NCBI GenBank assembly: GCA_963751455.1
Contig: CAVVUN010000009.1
Location: 192,001 to 256,000 of the forward strand
DNA length: 64,000 bases
Origin: Nitrospirota bacterium
Lineage (GTDB): Bacteria > Nitrospirota > UBA9217
Direction: 5' to 3'
Positions within the stretch are counted from its first letter, which is position 1. Every line of letters starts with the position of its first letter. The translations under genes were made by a program, and so were the position numbers. The notes under the pieces are model-generated. The model did not search any database and was not told the origin of the DNA. It saw nothing but the letters and a program-made list of their open reading frames with translations. This document shows, piece by piece, positions 10,250 to 19,260 of this stretch.

Positions 10250-11152
10250 ATGGCACAACATGTGCAATTTTTTCTTAACGGATTAGACCAATTGACTCGA
10301 ATTTACCGGTTGCGGTTCTGGTTTGCGTGTTTCCTGTACGGGATTTCCGTCCTTCTCGTCATATCAAGTGCTGCGGAAGGAGGGGAGTTTCCGCTCTGGG
10401 AAGCCGGTGCGGGATTGGCAACTATAAATCTTGCGGATTATCGGGGGTCCGATGAACGCACCATCTACTGGCTGCCGGTGCCATACCTGGTTTACAGGGG
10501 TGAAATTCTGAAGGTCGATCGGAAGTCGACACGCGGAATTCTATTTCAAACCGATCGGATCGAACTGAATATCAGCGTTAATGCATCGCCGCCGGTAAAC
10601 AGCAATAAAAATAGTGCACGGGAAGGTATGCCCGATCTTGATCCGACTGGCGAAATCGGACCATCTCTTTATATCGATTTACGCAGCGTTCCTTTTTTTT
10701 CCGGCGATCTGTCCCTGCAGTTTCCAATCCGAATGGTTGCGGCAACAGATCTGACGTACCTCAGGCAGGTCGGATATGTTTTTAATCCGAGGATCAACGT
10801 TGAGTGGGCGCTGGGAACACCGGAAAAGCGATGGAACGCCGGTCTGACAACCGGCCCGCTTTTTACGGACAAGAAGTTTAACGCCTATTATTACGGTGTC
10901 GACCCTGCTTTCGAGACCTTCAACCGGCCGCGGTACGCTGTACGGGGAGGATATGGCGGGTTTCAACTGACGGCGGCACTGAGCCGGCGGTTCGCGTCTT
11001 CATGGTTTGGAGCGTTTGCCCGTCTTGACGACCTCCACGGCGCTGTATTCGAAAACAGCCCGCTTGTCAGGAGCCGTTATTCGGTCATGTTCGGCTTGGC
11101 TCTTTCGTGGGTGGTAGGCGTATCAGACCAGAAAGTCTCGGCAGAAGAATAA
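10250..11152 (+). CDS. MipA/OmpV family outer-membrane protein
   Basis: PLWEAGAG...DYRGSDE...PVPYLVYRG, REGMPDLDP, YYYGV, beta-strand-rich C-terminus; start uncertain. Confidence 0.75.
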   Translation: MAQHVQFFLNGLDQLTRIYRLRFWFACFLYGISVLLVISSAAEGGEFPLWEAGAGLATINLADYRGSDERTIYWLPVPYLVYRGEILKVDRKSTRGILFQTDRIELNISVNASPPVNSNKNSAREGMPDLDPTGEIGPSLYIDLRSVPFFSGDLSLQFPIRMVAATDLTYLRQVGYVFNPRINVEWALGTPEKRWNAGLTTGPLFTDKKFNAYYYGVDPAFETFNRPRYAVRGGYGGFQLTAALSRRFASSWFGAFARLDDLHGAVFENSPLVRSRYSVMFGLALSWVVGVSDQKVSAEE

Positions 11153-11311
11153 GGCATAAACTGATATTTCCAGTAAAAAAATCTTGACTAAAGTTGGAGA
11201 CTAGTTCATTCTATTTTTTTTATTCAGGGGTAGTAAAACAGGAAGATGACATCTGTTGCTGATTTTTGCATAGTTGATTTTGCATAATTTTGAAAGGAGA
11301 GAATAGAGAGT

Positions 11312-12214
11312 ATGAGGAATCTGCTGAACGTAATAGTTCTGTTGTTGTTCATCATTGCATTGACCAGCACAGCAGGCGCAGCGACTGATGCGTCTACCTG
11401 TCTGGGGTGTCATGGATCGATGGAAGGATCAGTCAAGGTCGACCAGGAAAAATATTCAAAGTCTGTCCATGGCGCAATGAATGACTGCACCATGTGCCAT
11501 ATGGTCTTGAAAGGATCCCAGCATCAGGGTCTTATATCGGGTAAGCCTGACAAGACAACGCTGGAGCTTTCCGCCGCCATCTCGCACAAAAGCAAAATAG
11601 ACCCTGTAGCGCAAGCCGCATGCGTAACCTGCCATCCGGATGCATACCAGACGTATACAGCAAGCGTCCACGGGCAGAATGTGATGAAAAAGAAATCTAC
11701 GGACGGGCCTGTTTGTTCCAGTTGTCATGGATCTCCGCATTACATCTACCCGAAAGCCGGCAAGGAATCGGCCGTAAATCATTTCAATGTCGTGCAGGCA
11801 TGCGGAACATGCCATGAAGAAAAAATGATGTCTGAGAAATACGGCTTCAGCAGTCATGTTATGGAGCGGTATAAAGAGAGTTTCCACGGAAGGAAACTGA
11901 AGGTAGGTCACAGCGGGGCTCCTTCCTGTGCAAGCTGCCACGGTTCACATGATATCGTGACCGCTAAGAACCAGACATCACCGGTCTCTCCTGCGAACAA
12001 GGTCAAGACGTGTTCCAAATGTCATCCAGGAGCCAATGAAAAATTTGTTGCTGCGATCACCCATAAACCGCTCCATCCGGTTGCGCACTATGCCGAGATC
12101 ACTCTTATTCTTCTCACCGTGAGTGTCTTTCTGTTCATATGTATCCACGTACTGCTCGACATTTTTGCCGACATTCGCGACCGCGTATTCAGGAAGGGGG
12201 GGCACAATGAATAA
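11312..12214 (+). CDS. Membrane-anchored heptaheme cytochrome c
   Basis: Signal peptide, seven CxxCH motifs (CLGCH, CTMCH, CVTCH, CSSCH, CGTCH, CASCH, CSKCH) and a C-terminal TM helix containing His. Confidence 0.9.
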   Translation: MRNLLNVIVLLLFIIALTSTAGAATDASTCLGCHGSMEGSVKVDQEKYSKSVHGAMNDCTMCHMVLKGSQHQGLISGKPDKTTLELSAAISHKSKIDPVAQAACVTCHPDAYQTYTASVHGQNVMKKKSTDGPVCSSCHGSPHYIYPKAGKESAVNHFNVVQACGTCHEEKMMSEKYGFSSHVMERYKESFHGRKLKVGHSGAPSCASCHGSHDIVTAKNQTSPVSPANKVKTCSKCHPGANEKFVAAITHKPLHPVAHYAEITLILLTVSVFLFICIHVLLDIFADIRDRVFRKGGHNE

Positions 12215-12917
12215 GAATATTCCTGCCGAGATAGAGAGGTTTGACCTCTCCGCACGGATCCAGCATGTTATCATGTTCACGACGTTCTTGCTCCTGTCTT
12301 TTACCGGCTGGGGGCTCAAATACGCATATCAGGACCCGGCAAGCGCCTGGATCAGCTTCTGGGGCGGTGCAAAAATGGCGGGGATCATTCACCGTGTAGC
12401 CGGCATCACGATGCTCCTCGATTTCATTTATCACCAATTCTATCTGATCAACAGGGCGCGAAAAGGGCAGTTCAGGTTCTCGCTTGTTCCTACCCCAAAG
12501 GATGTTGTGGACGCAATCCACAACTTCATGTACTTCTTCGGATTCAGGAAGGGAAAGCCCTACTTCGGAAAATTCAACTATATGCAGAAATTCGATTATT
12601 GGGCGGTTTATTGGGGCATGTTCATCATCGGGGCGTCCGGGTTCTTTCTTGCGTTCCCGGTGATGGTGTCGTCGCTGTTCCCGTCATGGACAATCAACTG
12701 GGCATGGGATGTGCTTTTTATCATGCACAGTGATGAAGCGCTCCTGGCGATCGTGTTCATCCTCATATTCCATTTCTATAACGAGCATTTGCGCTCTGAG
12801 GTGTTCCCGATGAACTGGATGTGGCTGACGGGGAAGATGTCCATAGAGCAGTTAAAGCATCATCATCCGGCGGAGTACGATTATCTGTACGGAGATAAAT
12901 CGGAAAAGAAGAAATAG
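12207..12917 (+). CDS. Cytochrome b/b6-domain membrane protein (FdnI/HyaC-like)
   Basis: RIQH, IIHRVAG, KFNYMQKFDYWAVYWG, IMHSDEALLA, IFHFYNEH; overlaps the upstream cytochrome stop. Confidence 0.85.
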   Translation: MNKNIPAEIERFDLSARIQHVIMFTTFLLLSFTGWGLKYAYQDPASAWISFWGGAKMAGIIHRVAGITMLLDFIYHQFYLINRARKGQFRFSLVPTPKDVVDAIHNFMYFFGFRKGKPYFGKFNYMQKFDYWAVYWGMFIIGASGFFLAFPVMVSSLFPSWTINWAWDVLFIMHSDEALLAIVFILIFHFYNEHLRSEVFPMNWMWLTGKMSIEQLKHHHPAEYDYLYGDKSEKKK

Positions 12918-12938
12918 TCGTTGGCAGACGGTAAGCAG

Positions 12939-12972
12939 AAGGGCGGCCCTGAAAAGGAGCCGCCCTTTTTTT
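12939..12972 (+). terminator. Rho-independent terminator between convergent operons
   Basis: AAGGGCGGC-CCTGAAAAGGA-GCCGCCCTTTTTTT. Confidence 0.7.
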
Positions 12973-13012
12973 AACACGTAATAGGAAAAGCGAAAACAGC
13001 TAACAGCGCTCT

Positions 13013-13675
13013 TCAACCGACCTTTTCAAGGACGCCCTGTTTCATTCTAAGGCGTTTGCCGGCACGGAGTGCAATCTCCGAACTATGGGTAACCATAATC
13101 ATCGTCACTTTTCTTTCCTGGTTGACACGTTCAAAAAAAGACATGATCTCGGCCTCAGTTTCCTCATCCAGATCTCCGGTCGGCTCATCCGCAAGTATGA
13201 TTTCGGGATCGTGGATAAAGGCCCTCGCGATCGCCACCCGCTGCTGCTCTCCACCTGAAAGCTCAGAAGGATACCGATCGATCTTGTCGCCCAGGCCGAC
13301 CTCCTGGAGCAGCTTTACTGCGTCTGCCGCGGTTTTATTGCCGCCGAACACTGTTGGAAGAAGGACATTCTCAGCGGCGGTGAGTGTAGGAATAAGACTG
13401 GCGAACTGGTACACAAACCCGAATTTCTCGTTTCTCAGGCGGGAAAGGCGATTATCATCATATTCCCGGATATTCTTGCCGTCGATCGACACAGTGCCGG
13501 TATCGGGCACTGCAATGCCGCCGATGAGACTCAGGAAAGTGCTTTTCCCGCTCCCTGAATGCCCTACAATGGAAACGAACTCGCCGCGCTGAATGGACAG
13601 ATCTACGGGATGCACGGCCTTTATTGTATTTCCTGAAACTTTATATGTTTTCGATAATCCCTTCAGTTCGATCAT
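13013..13675 (-). CDS. ABC transporter ATP-binding protein (LolD/MacB-like)
   Basis: [37 protein letters not shown]. Confidence 0.92.
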   Translation of the reverse strand: MIELKGLSKTYKVSGNTIKAVHPVDLSIQRGEFVSIVGHSGSGKSTFLSLIGGIAVPDTGTVSIDGKNIREYDDNRLSRLRNEKFGFVYQFASLIPTLTAAENVLLPTVFGGNKTAADAVKLLQEVGLGDKIDRYPSELSGGEQQRVAIARAFIHDPEIILADEPTGDLDEETEAEIMSFFERVNQERKVTMIMVTHSSEIALRAGKRLRMKQGVLEKVG

Positions 13676-13733
13676 GCGTTTCCTTTCTCCACTAACCTTT
13701 TTGGATATATCCCTTTTGAACAGAGTCTATGAA

Positions 13734-13908
13734 CCTAAAAAAAGCACTTGGGACGCAGAAAAATCGGATGAACGCAGATAAAGTCGGATAAAAAAAAGTT
13801 CTTGTATCGTAAAAGCAGTCACCCTGCGGGTGAATTTTTTTCTCTAAAAATTCTTTGTTTGATCTGCGGTTATCCTGCGTTCATCTGCGTCCAACTGCCG
13901 TTTTCAGG
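13734..13908. mobile_element. 175-bp MITE with CCT...AGG ends and 5-bp TSD ATGAA
   Basis: ATGAA|CCTAAAAAAAGCACTTGGGACGCAGA...TCTGCGTCCAACTGCCGTTTTCAGG|ATGAA; homologous copy at 52645-52818. Confidence 0.8.
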
Positions 13909-14308
13909 ATGAACGATTCCGTGCATACCTTCTAAATATGCCGATCACGGCCGCGACGCCTGATATTACACCGGCGGCCGCGATAAAGCGGATGCCTGGC
14001 ACCATTCCGTAATTACACGGCATCCTGGCGCTCCGGCAGTAACCCGATACATCGGGGAGCACGAAGGAGACGATGAAAAGTGAGATGGCTGCCAATGAGC
14101 ACACTATCAGCCCGATTCGGAATTTCAGGAAAAGCGCAAGAACGCCGGTCAGTATGAGCAGCGTGCCGACAGCCATTTCCCACCGTGCCGTATCCGAGCA
14201 GTGCATTGCAGCATATCCCTGATACTCACACGCAGGAAGAATGAAACGGGGAACAACAATAAGCAGGATTCCGCCGATCAAAGCGGTAAAGCCGGTCCAT
14301 TTATTCAT
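13904..14308 (-). CDS. DUF4418-like Cys-rich membrane protein
   Basis: Four TM segments with PACEYQGYAAMHC and GYCRSARMPC motifs; family assigned from memory of the motif pattern. Confidence 0.65.
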   Translation of the reverse strand: MNKWTGFTALIGGILLIVVPRFILPACEYQGYAAMHCSDTARWEMAVGTLLILTGVLALFLKFRIGLIVCSLAAISLFIVSFVLPDVSGYCRSARMPCNYGMVPGIRFIAAAGVISGVAAVIGIFRRYARNRSS

Positions 14309-14715
14309 CGAACTGCCTTTAGTGCTGCTGAAAAATTCATGACGCTGCCGAACTGCGCGGCTGTTTTTCTGTCCTTGAACGATGCGATTCCCCAGCCCAT
14401 CGGCGAAATGAGTTTCTTGTCGGCATGCACATAAAAGGCGGTTTGGCCGTCAATCCATTCACCCGTATTGTAGTCACGCACTTCAATGCGCTCAGTCGGC
14501 GGTTTATTGCCGTTGATAAAGGTCAGCAGGTCGCCGATGTCGCAGAAATAGAGCGTTTTGTTGGCATTCACGATCCGTGATGTAAATTTCGACGCGATAT
14601 CGGAAAGCATGCCGCACTGCCTGCATTTTATCGTTTCGGCAGCAGCGGGAAAGGCAAAAAACAAACAGAGTAAAGCGGCGAGCGCGGGTCTCGATAACTG
14701 TCTCTTCATGATCAT
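14305..14715 (-). CDS. nosL: NosL-family copper chaperone
   Basis: Signal peptide; CRQCGM, LYFCDIGDL, EWIDG..AFYV, SPMGWG. Confidence 0.8.
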   Translation of the reverse strand: MIMKRQLSRPALAALLCLFFAFPAAAETIKCRQCGMLSDIASKFTSRIVNANKTLYFCDIGDLLTFINGNKPPTERIEVRDYNTGEWIDGQTAFYVHADKKLISPMGWGIASFKDRKTAAQFGSVMNFSAALKAVR

Positions 14716-15308
14716 TTCCTCTTTGCATCTATCTCTTTTTTCAAAGATTCTGCAACGCCTTCATCGAATTTCTTCAACTCCTGATACTGCTTCAATGCGT
14801 CGCCCTTCAGTCCTTTTTTCAGAAAGGAGACACCCAGGTTGAAACGCGCGGTTGCGTATCTCGGACGCAGGGAGACAGCATTTTTGAGTGACGCGATTTG
14901 ATTGTCGATTTCGCCTAATTTGCCATAAGCGAACGCGGCATTGTTGTACAGTACGGGGTCCTTTGGAAGATATTTCCCGGCGTTTGAGAAGCTGCCCACA
15001 GCCTCCCGGTATAATCCGAGTCTGTTATAGGCATTTCCCAGTTTCAGTGAGGCGTACCCGTGCTCGGGCTTTATGGCCACGACCTTCTTCAGGGCATCTA
15101 CTTCTTCCCTGAACATATCAGCTCTTTCATAGAGGTCCGCGAGGTGAAACCATGCGGCTGCATCTCTCGGATTGTCCCTGGTCTTTTCGCGCAGTATCTC
15201 CACTTCGCTCTTTTCCCTTGGAACTGGCGCCTGCGTGCCGGTTTTATCATTTGAACATCCGGAATACAACCCCATAATCAGCAGCGAGATGATCATATAA
15301 ATATTCAT
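14712..15308 (-). CDS. TPR-repeat lipoprotein
   Basis: Lipobox LYSGC; repeated TPR helices (AWFHLADLY, LKLGNAY, LYNNAAFAY, ARFNLGVSF). Confidence 0.8.
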   Translation of the reverse strand: MNIYMIISLLIMGLYSGCSNDKTGTQAPVPREKSEVEILREKTRDNPRDAAAWFHLADLYERADMFREEVDALKKVVAIKPEHGYASLKLGNAYNRLGLYREAVGSFSNAGKYLPKDPVLYNNAAFAYGKLGEIDNQIASLKNAVSLRPRYATARFNLGVSFLKKGLKGDALKQYQELKKFDEGVAESLKKEIDAKRK

Positions 15309-16525
15309 TCGGAGCTCCTGATCGCTTCATAGGGTTCGGTTCTGATAACAGCGAGTGACGGCAAAAGCGCTGAGAAAAGGCCTGTCAAAACAGCAAAAAG
15401 AAGGGCTGCAGCCGTCAGGGCGGCCAGCTCAAGTGCTGACGGAAAGAGATACGGCAGCTTCAGGTAGTGCAGCATCAGGTTCTTGAAGCTGAAAAGCAGT
15501 ACGAACCCCAGCATGATTCCGGCGGCTCCGCCGGCAGCAGAGAGAATGGAGGCTTCGGTCAGGATGATAATTCCTATATGACGGCGGTTCGCACCCATAG
15601 CCCGCAGGAGTCCTATTTCCCTGCGGCGCTCATTGACGATCATATAAAAGGCAAAGGCCATGATGAGGAGGACGATTATCCAGAGAATGACGCTGATGAT
15701 TAAAATGGCATTGATAAGCCCGGACAGCTGTTTTCTCACGGTGCTGATTACTGTGTCCGAAGTCAGGGCTTTGATGTCAGGAATGTCATGCTCAAGCCTT
15801 ATTGCTACGCGGTCGGGTGTTATGTCTTCACCAACCTGGACCAGGACCGTGGAGATGCTTTCCCGGCTGATATCTATTTTTTCTATGGCCTTCGCTGCAG
15901 ATTCTTCCGCCATTTTGTAGGCGGCCTCGAGGCTCATGAAAGCCGATCGATCGAAAAAATCCATACCCGTGGGGTCCATGGTGCCGGCAACCTGAAACAC
16001 GGTCCCGAAGAACGGTATGCTGTCGCCGGCGATAACGGGAATTTCCCTTCCGGTTACAATTTCATTATCCGCCAGATTTCTATTCAAATGCTTCTCGAGC
16101 CAGGGTTTGACCGTAAAGTCCGTCACCGGGTCGAACGCCACGAGGAATACGTCCACGTTGAAGCAGCAGGTAAAGCTTGTCGGTTTTATGAAGAGCTGAG
16201 GTGTAGCGTTTCTGACGCCCTGCGTTTTTTTAACCTGGTCGAGGACCGTCCTGTTCATAAGAAACTGAGTGGGCTCCCCTGAAAGAAGGGCAGCCTTCGC
16301 TTTTGTCTCGGCTTCCCGGGGCACGACAAGTATGTCTGCCCCCAGGCGATACGTTCCCAGTTTGAGCGCGTTGTTAATGCTCTTGAGAAATAGAGTCGCG
16401 CTGAAGAGAGTGCAGGCTACTACGGCAACAATGGCAAACAGCAGCCAGGTCCGCGTGAGTTTTCTTTTAAGGTTTTTGAGGGCGACATACGGGATATTCA
16501 TTCCTGGAGCATTTTTCCTTCTCAA
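15305..16525 (-). CDS. MacB/FtsX-type ABC permease with Cys-Cys motif
   Basis: RLGADILVVP, SFTCCFNV in the extracytoplasmic domain, NERRREIGLLRAMGA, FtsX-type C-terminal TMs. Confidence 0.88.
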   Translation of the reverse strand: MRRKNAPGMNIPYVALKNLKRKLTRTWLLFAIVAVVACTLFSATLFLKSINNALKLGTYRLGADILVVPREAETKAKAALLSGEPTQFLMNRTVLDQVKKTQGVRNATPQLFIKPTSFTCCFNVDVFLVAFDPVTDFTVKPWLEKHLNRNLADNEIVTGREIPVIAGDSIPFFGTVFQVAGTMDPTGMDFFDRSAFMSLEAAYKMAEESAAKAIEKIDISRESISTVLVQVGEDITPDRVAIRLEHDIPDIKALTSDTVISTVRKQLSGLINAILIISVILWIIVLLIMAFAFYMIVNERRREIGLLRAMGANRRHIGIIILTEASILSAAGGAAGIMLGFVLLFSFKNLMLHYLKLPYLFPSALELAALTAAALLFAVLTGLFSALLPSLAVIRTEPYEAIRSSE

Positions 16526-16654
16526 TTAAGATGGATTATTATACCAGAAGAAGAAGGGCAAGTAAACCGGGTTACTGAACAAACAGATGCCGGGCTGAAA
16601 GAGCGAGTGCATGCTGGTGTGAAAACGGTCGGATTTGAATGGATTGCAGTGAAG

Positions 16655-16693
16655 AAAAAACCGGAGGGCGACAGATCATCGCCCCCCGGAAAA
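16655..16693 (-). terminator. Terminator/attenuator hairpin after the beta-propeller gene
   Basis: AAAAAACCGGAGGGCGA-CAGATCA-TCGCCCCCCGG; T tract on the minus strand. Confidence 0.65.
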
Positions 16694-16701
16694 CAGGTTG
16701 A

Positions 16702-17793
16702 TTATTTATGCCAGTCGATGGTAATGCCGCAGAGAAGAGGCGAACCCTTGTCGATTTTGACTTCCACGCCCGCAGCCTTGTGGCATGCCGCGCATGCAGA
16801 AACTTTTCCGACCAGGTTGTTGCTGCTCATTTCCATAATATTCAGCGTGCTGTCATCACCATACGTGCGCGAAGACAGGAAGACATATTTGCCGTCCTTC
16901 GTGAACGCAAAATCGTGAGGCCTGATGTTGTCCGGGAGGACGATTCGCTTCACGATGGCGTCCTTCGCCGTATCGATTACGATTACCTGGCTCTTGTGGG
17001 TGCCCGGTTTCAAGCCCGGGTCGAACTCGTTGGGCGCGCTTACCCACAGATATTTGCCGTCCGGAGTCATGCGGGCCTGATGAATAAAGGTCATTTCCGG
17101 GCTCGTGATCTGCTTGATTTCCTTTTTCTTCGTCCAGTCATATACATACACGACGCCCGTGGGCATGTCGGTTATATACGCCTTCTTGTTGTTCTTGGTC
17201 CACTGAATTCCGCAGACTGCCTTTCCGACGGGCATCTTATCGACCGTCTTCAGGGTTTTCGCGTCCCACACATAGACATGGCCGTCCGCCATGTCTTCAA
17301 AATATATGTTGCCGTCCGGGCCGGCAATAGCGCCGCAGAATTTTTCACCGACTTTGAACGGGCCTTCCTTTTTGCCGGTTGCGAGATCGATCTTGTAGAC
17401 ATTCCCCGCCAGCGTGCCGGCTACGAGATATTTTTTGCCCTGTTCGGTGTAGAGCTCCTGCCCGTGTGAGCCGCCCGCCTTCTTGGTTTCTTCAAAACTC
17501 ATGCCGGCGATTTTGCCCTCCATCTCGGAACCCGCCTCAGCAAGAACTATGCGTTCTTTCTCAACGTCGACAGGGGCCTTCATCGTGTTCATATCAATAA
17601 TAGCCAGATGGCCGCCGTGACCCGCAATGTAGGCCGTGGCGTTGAAGGTCGGTATTTTTGCTGCGGGCGTTTCCTTTACAGTAACTACTTTCACGTCCGC
17701 CGCTTCAACTGATGAATTCGAAGACATTGCAAGGAAAAGAGCAAAGAGACTAAGAACAACCAATCCGAGAACCGCGCTTTTTTTCAAACTCAT
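16702..17793 (-). CDS. Exported YVTN/YncE-like beta-propeller with C-terminal CxxCH (putative heme c/metal protein)
   Basis: Sec signal from ATG 17793 after a GGGGG RBS; blade repeats (GPDG, TPDGKYLWVS, TKDGKYVFLS); GHGGH; CAACH; LLCG. Confidence 0.75.
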   Translation of the reverse strand: MSLKKSAVLGLVVLSLFALFLAMSSNSSVEAADVKVVTVKETPAAKIPTFNATAYIAGHGGHLAIIDMNTMKAPVDVEKERIVLAEAGSEMEGKIAGMSFEETKKAGGSHGQELYTEQGKKYLVAGTLAGNVYKIDLATGKKEGPFKVGEKFCGAIAGPDGNIYFEDMADGHVYVWDAKTLKTVDKMPVGKAVCGIQWTKNNKKAYITDMPTGVVYVYDWTKKKEIKQITSPEMTFIHQARMTPDGKYLWVSAPNEFDPGLKPGTHKSQVIVIDTAKDAIVKRIVLPDNIRPHDFAFTKDGKYVFLSSRTYGDDSTLNIMEMSSNNLVGKVSACAACHKAAGVEVKIDKGSPLLCGITIDWHK

Positions 17794-18169
17794 ATTATTA
17801 CCCCCTTTTGTTGAATTATGAAATAAATGAACTGCTTTCCCTTTAGAACCGTGATATTTCGTGGATATTTCGTGCTGCGGATCTTCTTTGCCGTTTTTCA
17901 CCTCCTTATTTTGCGGATTTTGGGCTTTTACAATGAACAGTATCTATGTATTAGAATAAACATAAATAAGAGATTGTCAACCTATAAATGCTGGTTTAAA
18001 AGTTAACAAAAATAGCAACTCCATTGAATGAACTCAGGCGGTGAGTAGGGTAATAATAAGATTCGCAGAACGGATGGACCGGCATAATTGAACGGGAACG
18101 AAAATAAAATAATTTCCGGGAATGGAGATTCTCCCCGGCTGTTCAATGCCGGGGATACAGTTTTCACGA

Positions 18170-18364
18170 TTAGCTTACTTTTTTGACTTTGCCGGAGCGA
18201 ATGCACCGCGTGCATGCGCGTACACGCATATGAGCCCCGTTCTGACCTACCGCCCTTACCGATTGGATGTTGGGTTTCGAAACTTTCTTCGTTTTATTGT
18301 TCGCATGACTTACCTGGTTGCCGCTCAGTTTTCCTTTGCCGCAGATTTCACATGTTCCCGCCAC
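18170..18364 (-). CDS. rpmB: 50S ribosomal protein L28
   Basis: CEICGKG...[11 protein letters not shown]...PNIQ...ACTRCIRSG (Zn-ribbon form). Confidence 0.95.
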   Translation of the reverse strand: MAGTCEICGKGKLSGNQVSHANNKTKKVSKPNIQSVRAVGQNGAHMRVRACTRCIRSGKVKKVS

Positions 18365-18468
18365 GATACGCCTCCGCTCCGGATCAGAATAATTAAAAAA
18401 AGCAGGCGTACAATACCATAAGGATGGAGCCTTTGCAAGCGGAAAAACGCTGATTTACGATAAAAGGC

Positions 18469-18511
18469 TTGACACAGGCAAGAGGGAAGTATAATGTAAG
18501 TGCTTACTTAC
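18469..18511 (+). promoter_or_regulatory. Sigma70-like promoter and palindromic TetR-type operator
   Basis: TTGACA (18469) and TATAAT (18490) with a short 15-bp spacer, immediately followed by GTAAGT-GCTT-ACTTAC (18496-18511) upstream of tetR. Confidence 0.6.
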
Positions 18512-18584
18512 CAGATGGAGCAGGTTCAGCGGGGCATCGCATAATTCAAGTTCGTGAAGGGACACTGTCGGAAACTTTCCACGC

Positions 18585-19181
18585 ATGGCAATCTTGAATA
18601 CAAAAGAACAGTTGTTGAAGGCGACTCTTAAATTGATATCCGAAAAGGGATATCTCCGGGCCACGACCAAAGAGATTGCCCAGGAAGCAGGGGTTACCGA
18701 GATCACCCTCTTCAGGCACTTTGGTTCAAAAGAGCGTCTTTTTGAAGAACTGCTTACCGGTTATACATTCCTTCCTAAACTGAAGGAACTCCTGCCGGAA
18801 CTCGAAGGCCTCCCGACCGATCAAGCCCTTATCGCGATCGCAACACGCTTCCTGTTGACTCTCAAAGACCGCAAGTCAATGATTAAAATAATGTATTCCG
18901 AGGTTACGGTCTATCCCGAGAAGATCAGGCAGATCTATAACAGGTTCCTGGACGAAATGCGGACGACGCTTGCAGGTTACTTCCAGGGGCTGCAGAGCCG
19001 CGGCTTGTTTAGAAAGGATTTACAGCCTCAAATGGCAGCACGCGTTTTTCTCTGGATTCTTTTCTCATATTTCAGATCTGAAGAAATCATGCGGCCCGCT
19101 GGAATGAAAAAAGACGCGATGGAAAAAGACGTGCAGCATATAATTTCTATTTTCATGCACGGAACATTAAACGGCGGATAA
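18585..19181 (+). CDS. TetR/AcrR family transcriptional regulator
   Basis: N-terminal HTH KGYLRATTKEIAQEAGVTEITLFRHFGSKE. Confidence 0.93.
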   Translation: MAILNTKEQLLKATLKLISEKGYLRATTKEIAQEAGVTEITLFRHFGSKERLFEELLTGYTFLPKLKELLPELEGLPTDQALIAIATRFLLTLKDRKSMIKIMYSEVTVYPEKIRQIYNRFLDEMRTTLAGYFQGLQSRGLFRKDLQPQMAARVFLWILFSYFRSEEIMRPAGMKKDAMEKDVQHIISIFMHGTLNGG

Positions 19182-19260
19182 AAGGCCCGGCTGCTGCAAC
19201 CTTTTCTGTTATGCAGTGTCTAATAGGGGTCTAAGGTACAAGTTCGGAGAGAGGAGTCGT

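Noticed and set aside
16702-17793. Calling the propeller NosZ or NirS
   Set aside because: Too short; no CuA cupredoxin domain, no N-terminal cytochrome c domain, and no nosD/nosR or heme d1 genes in the window.
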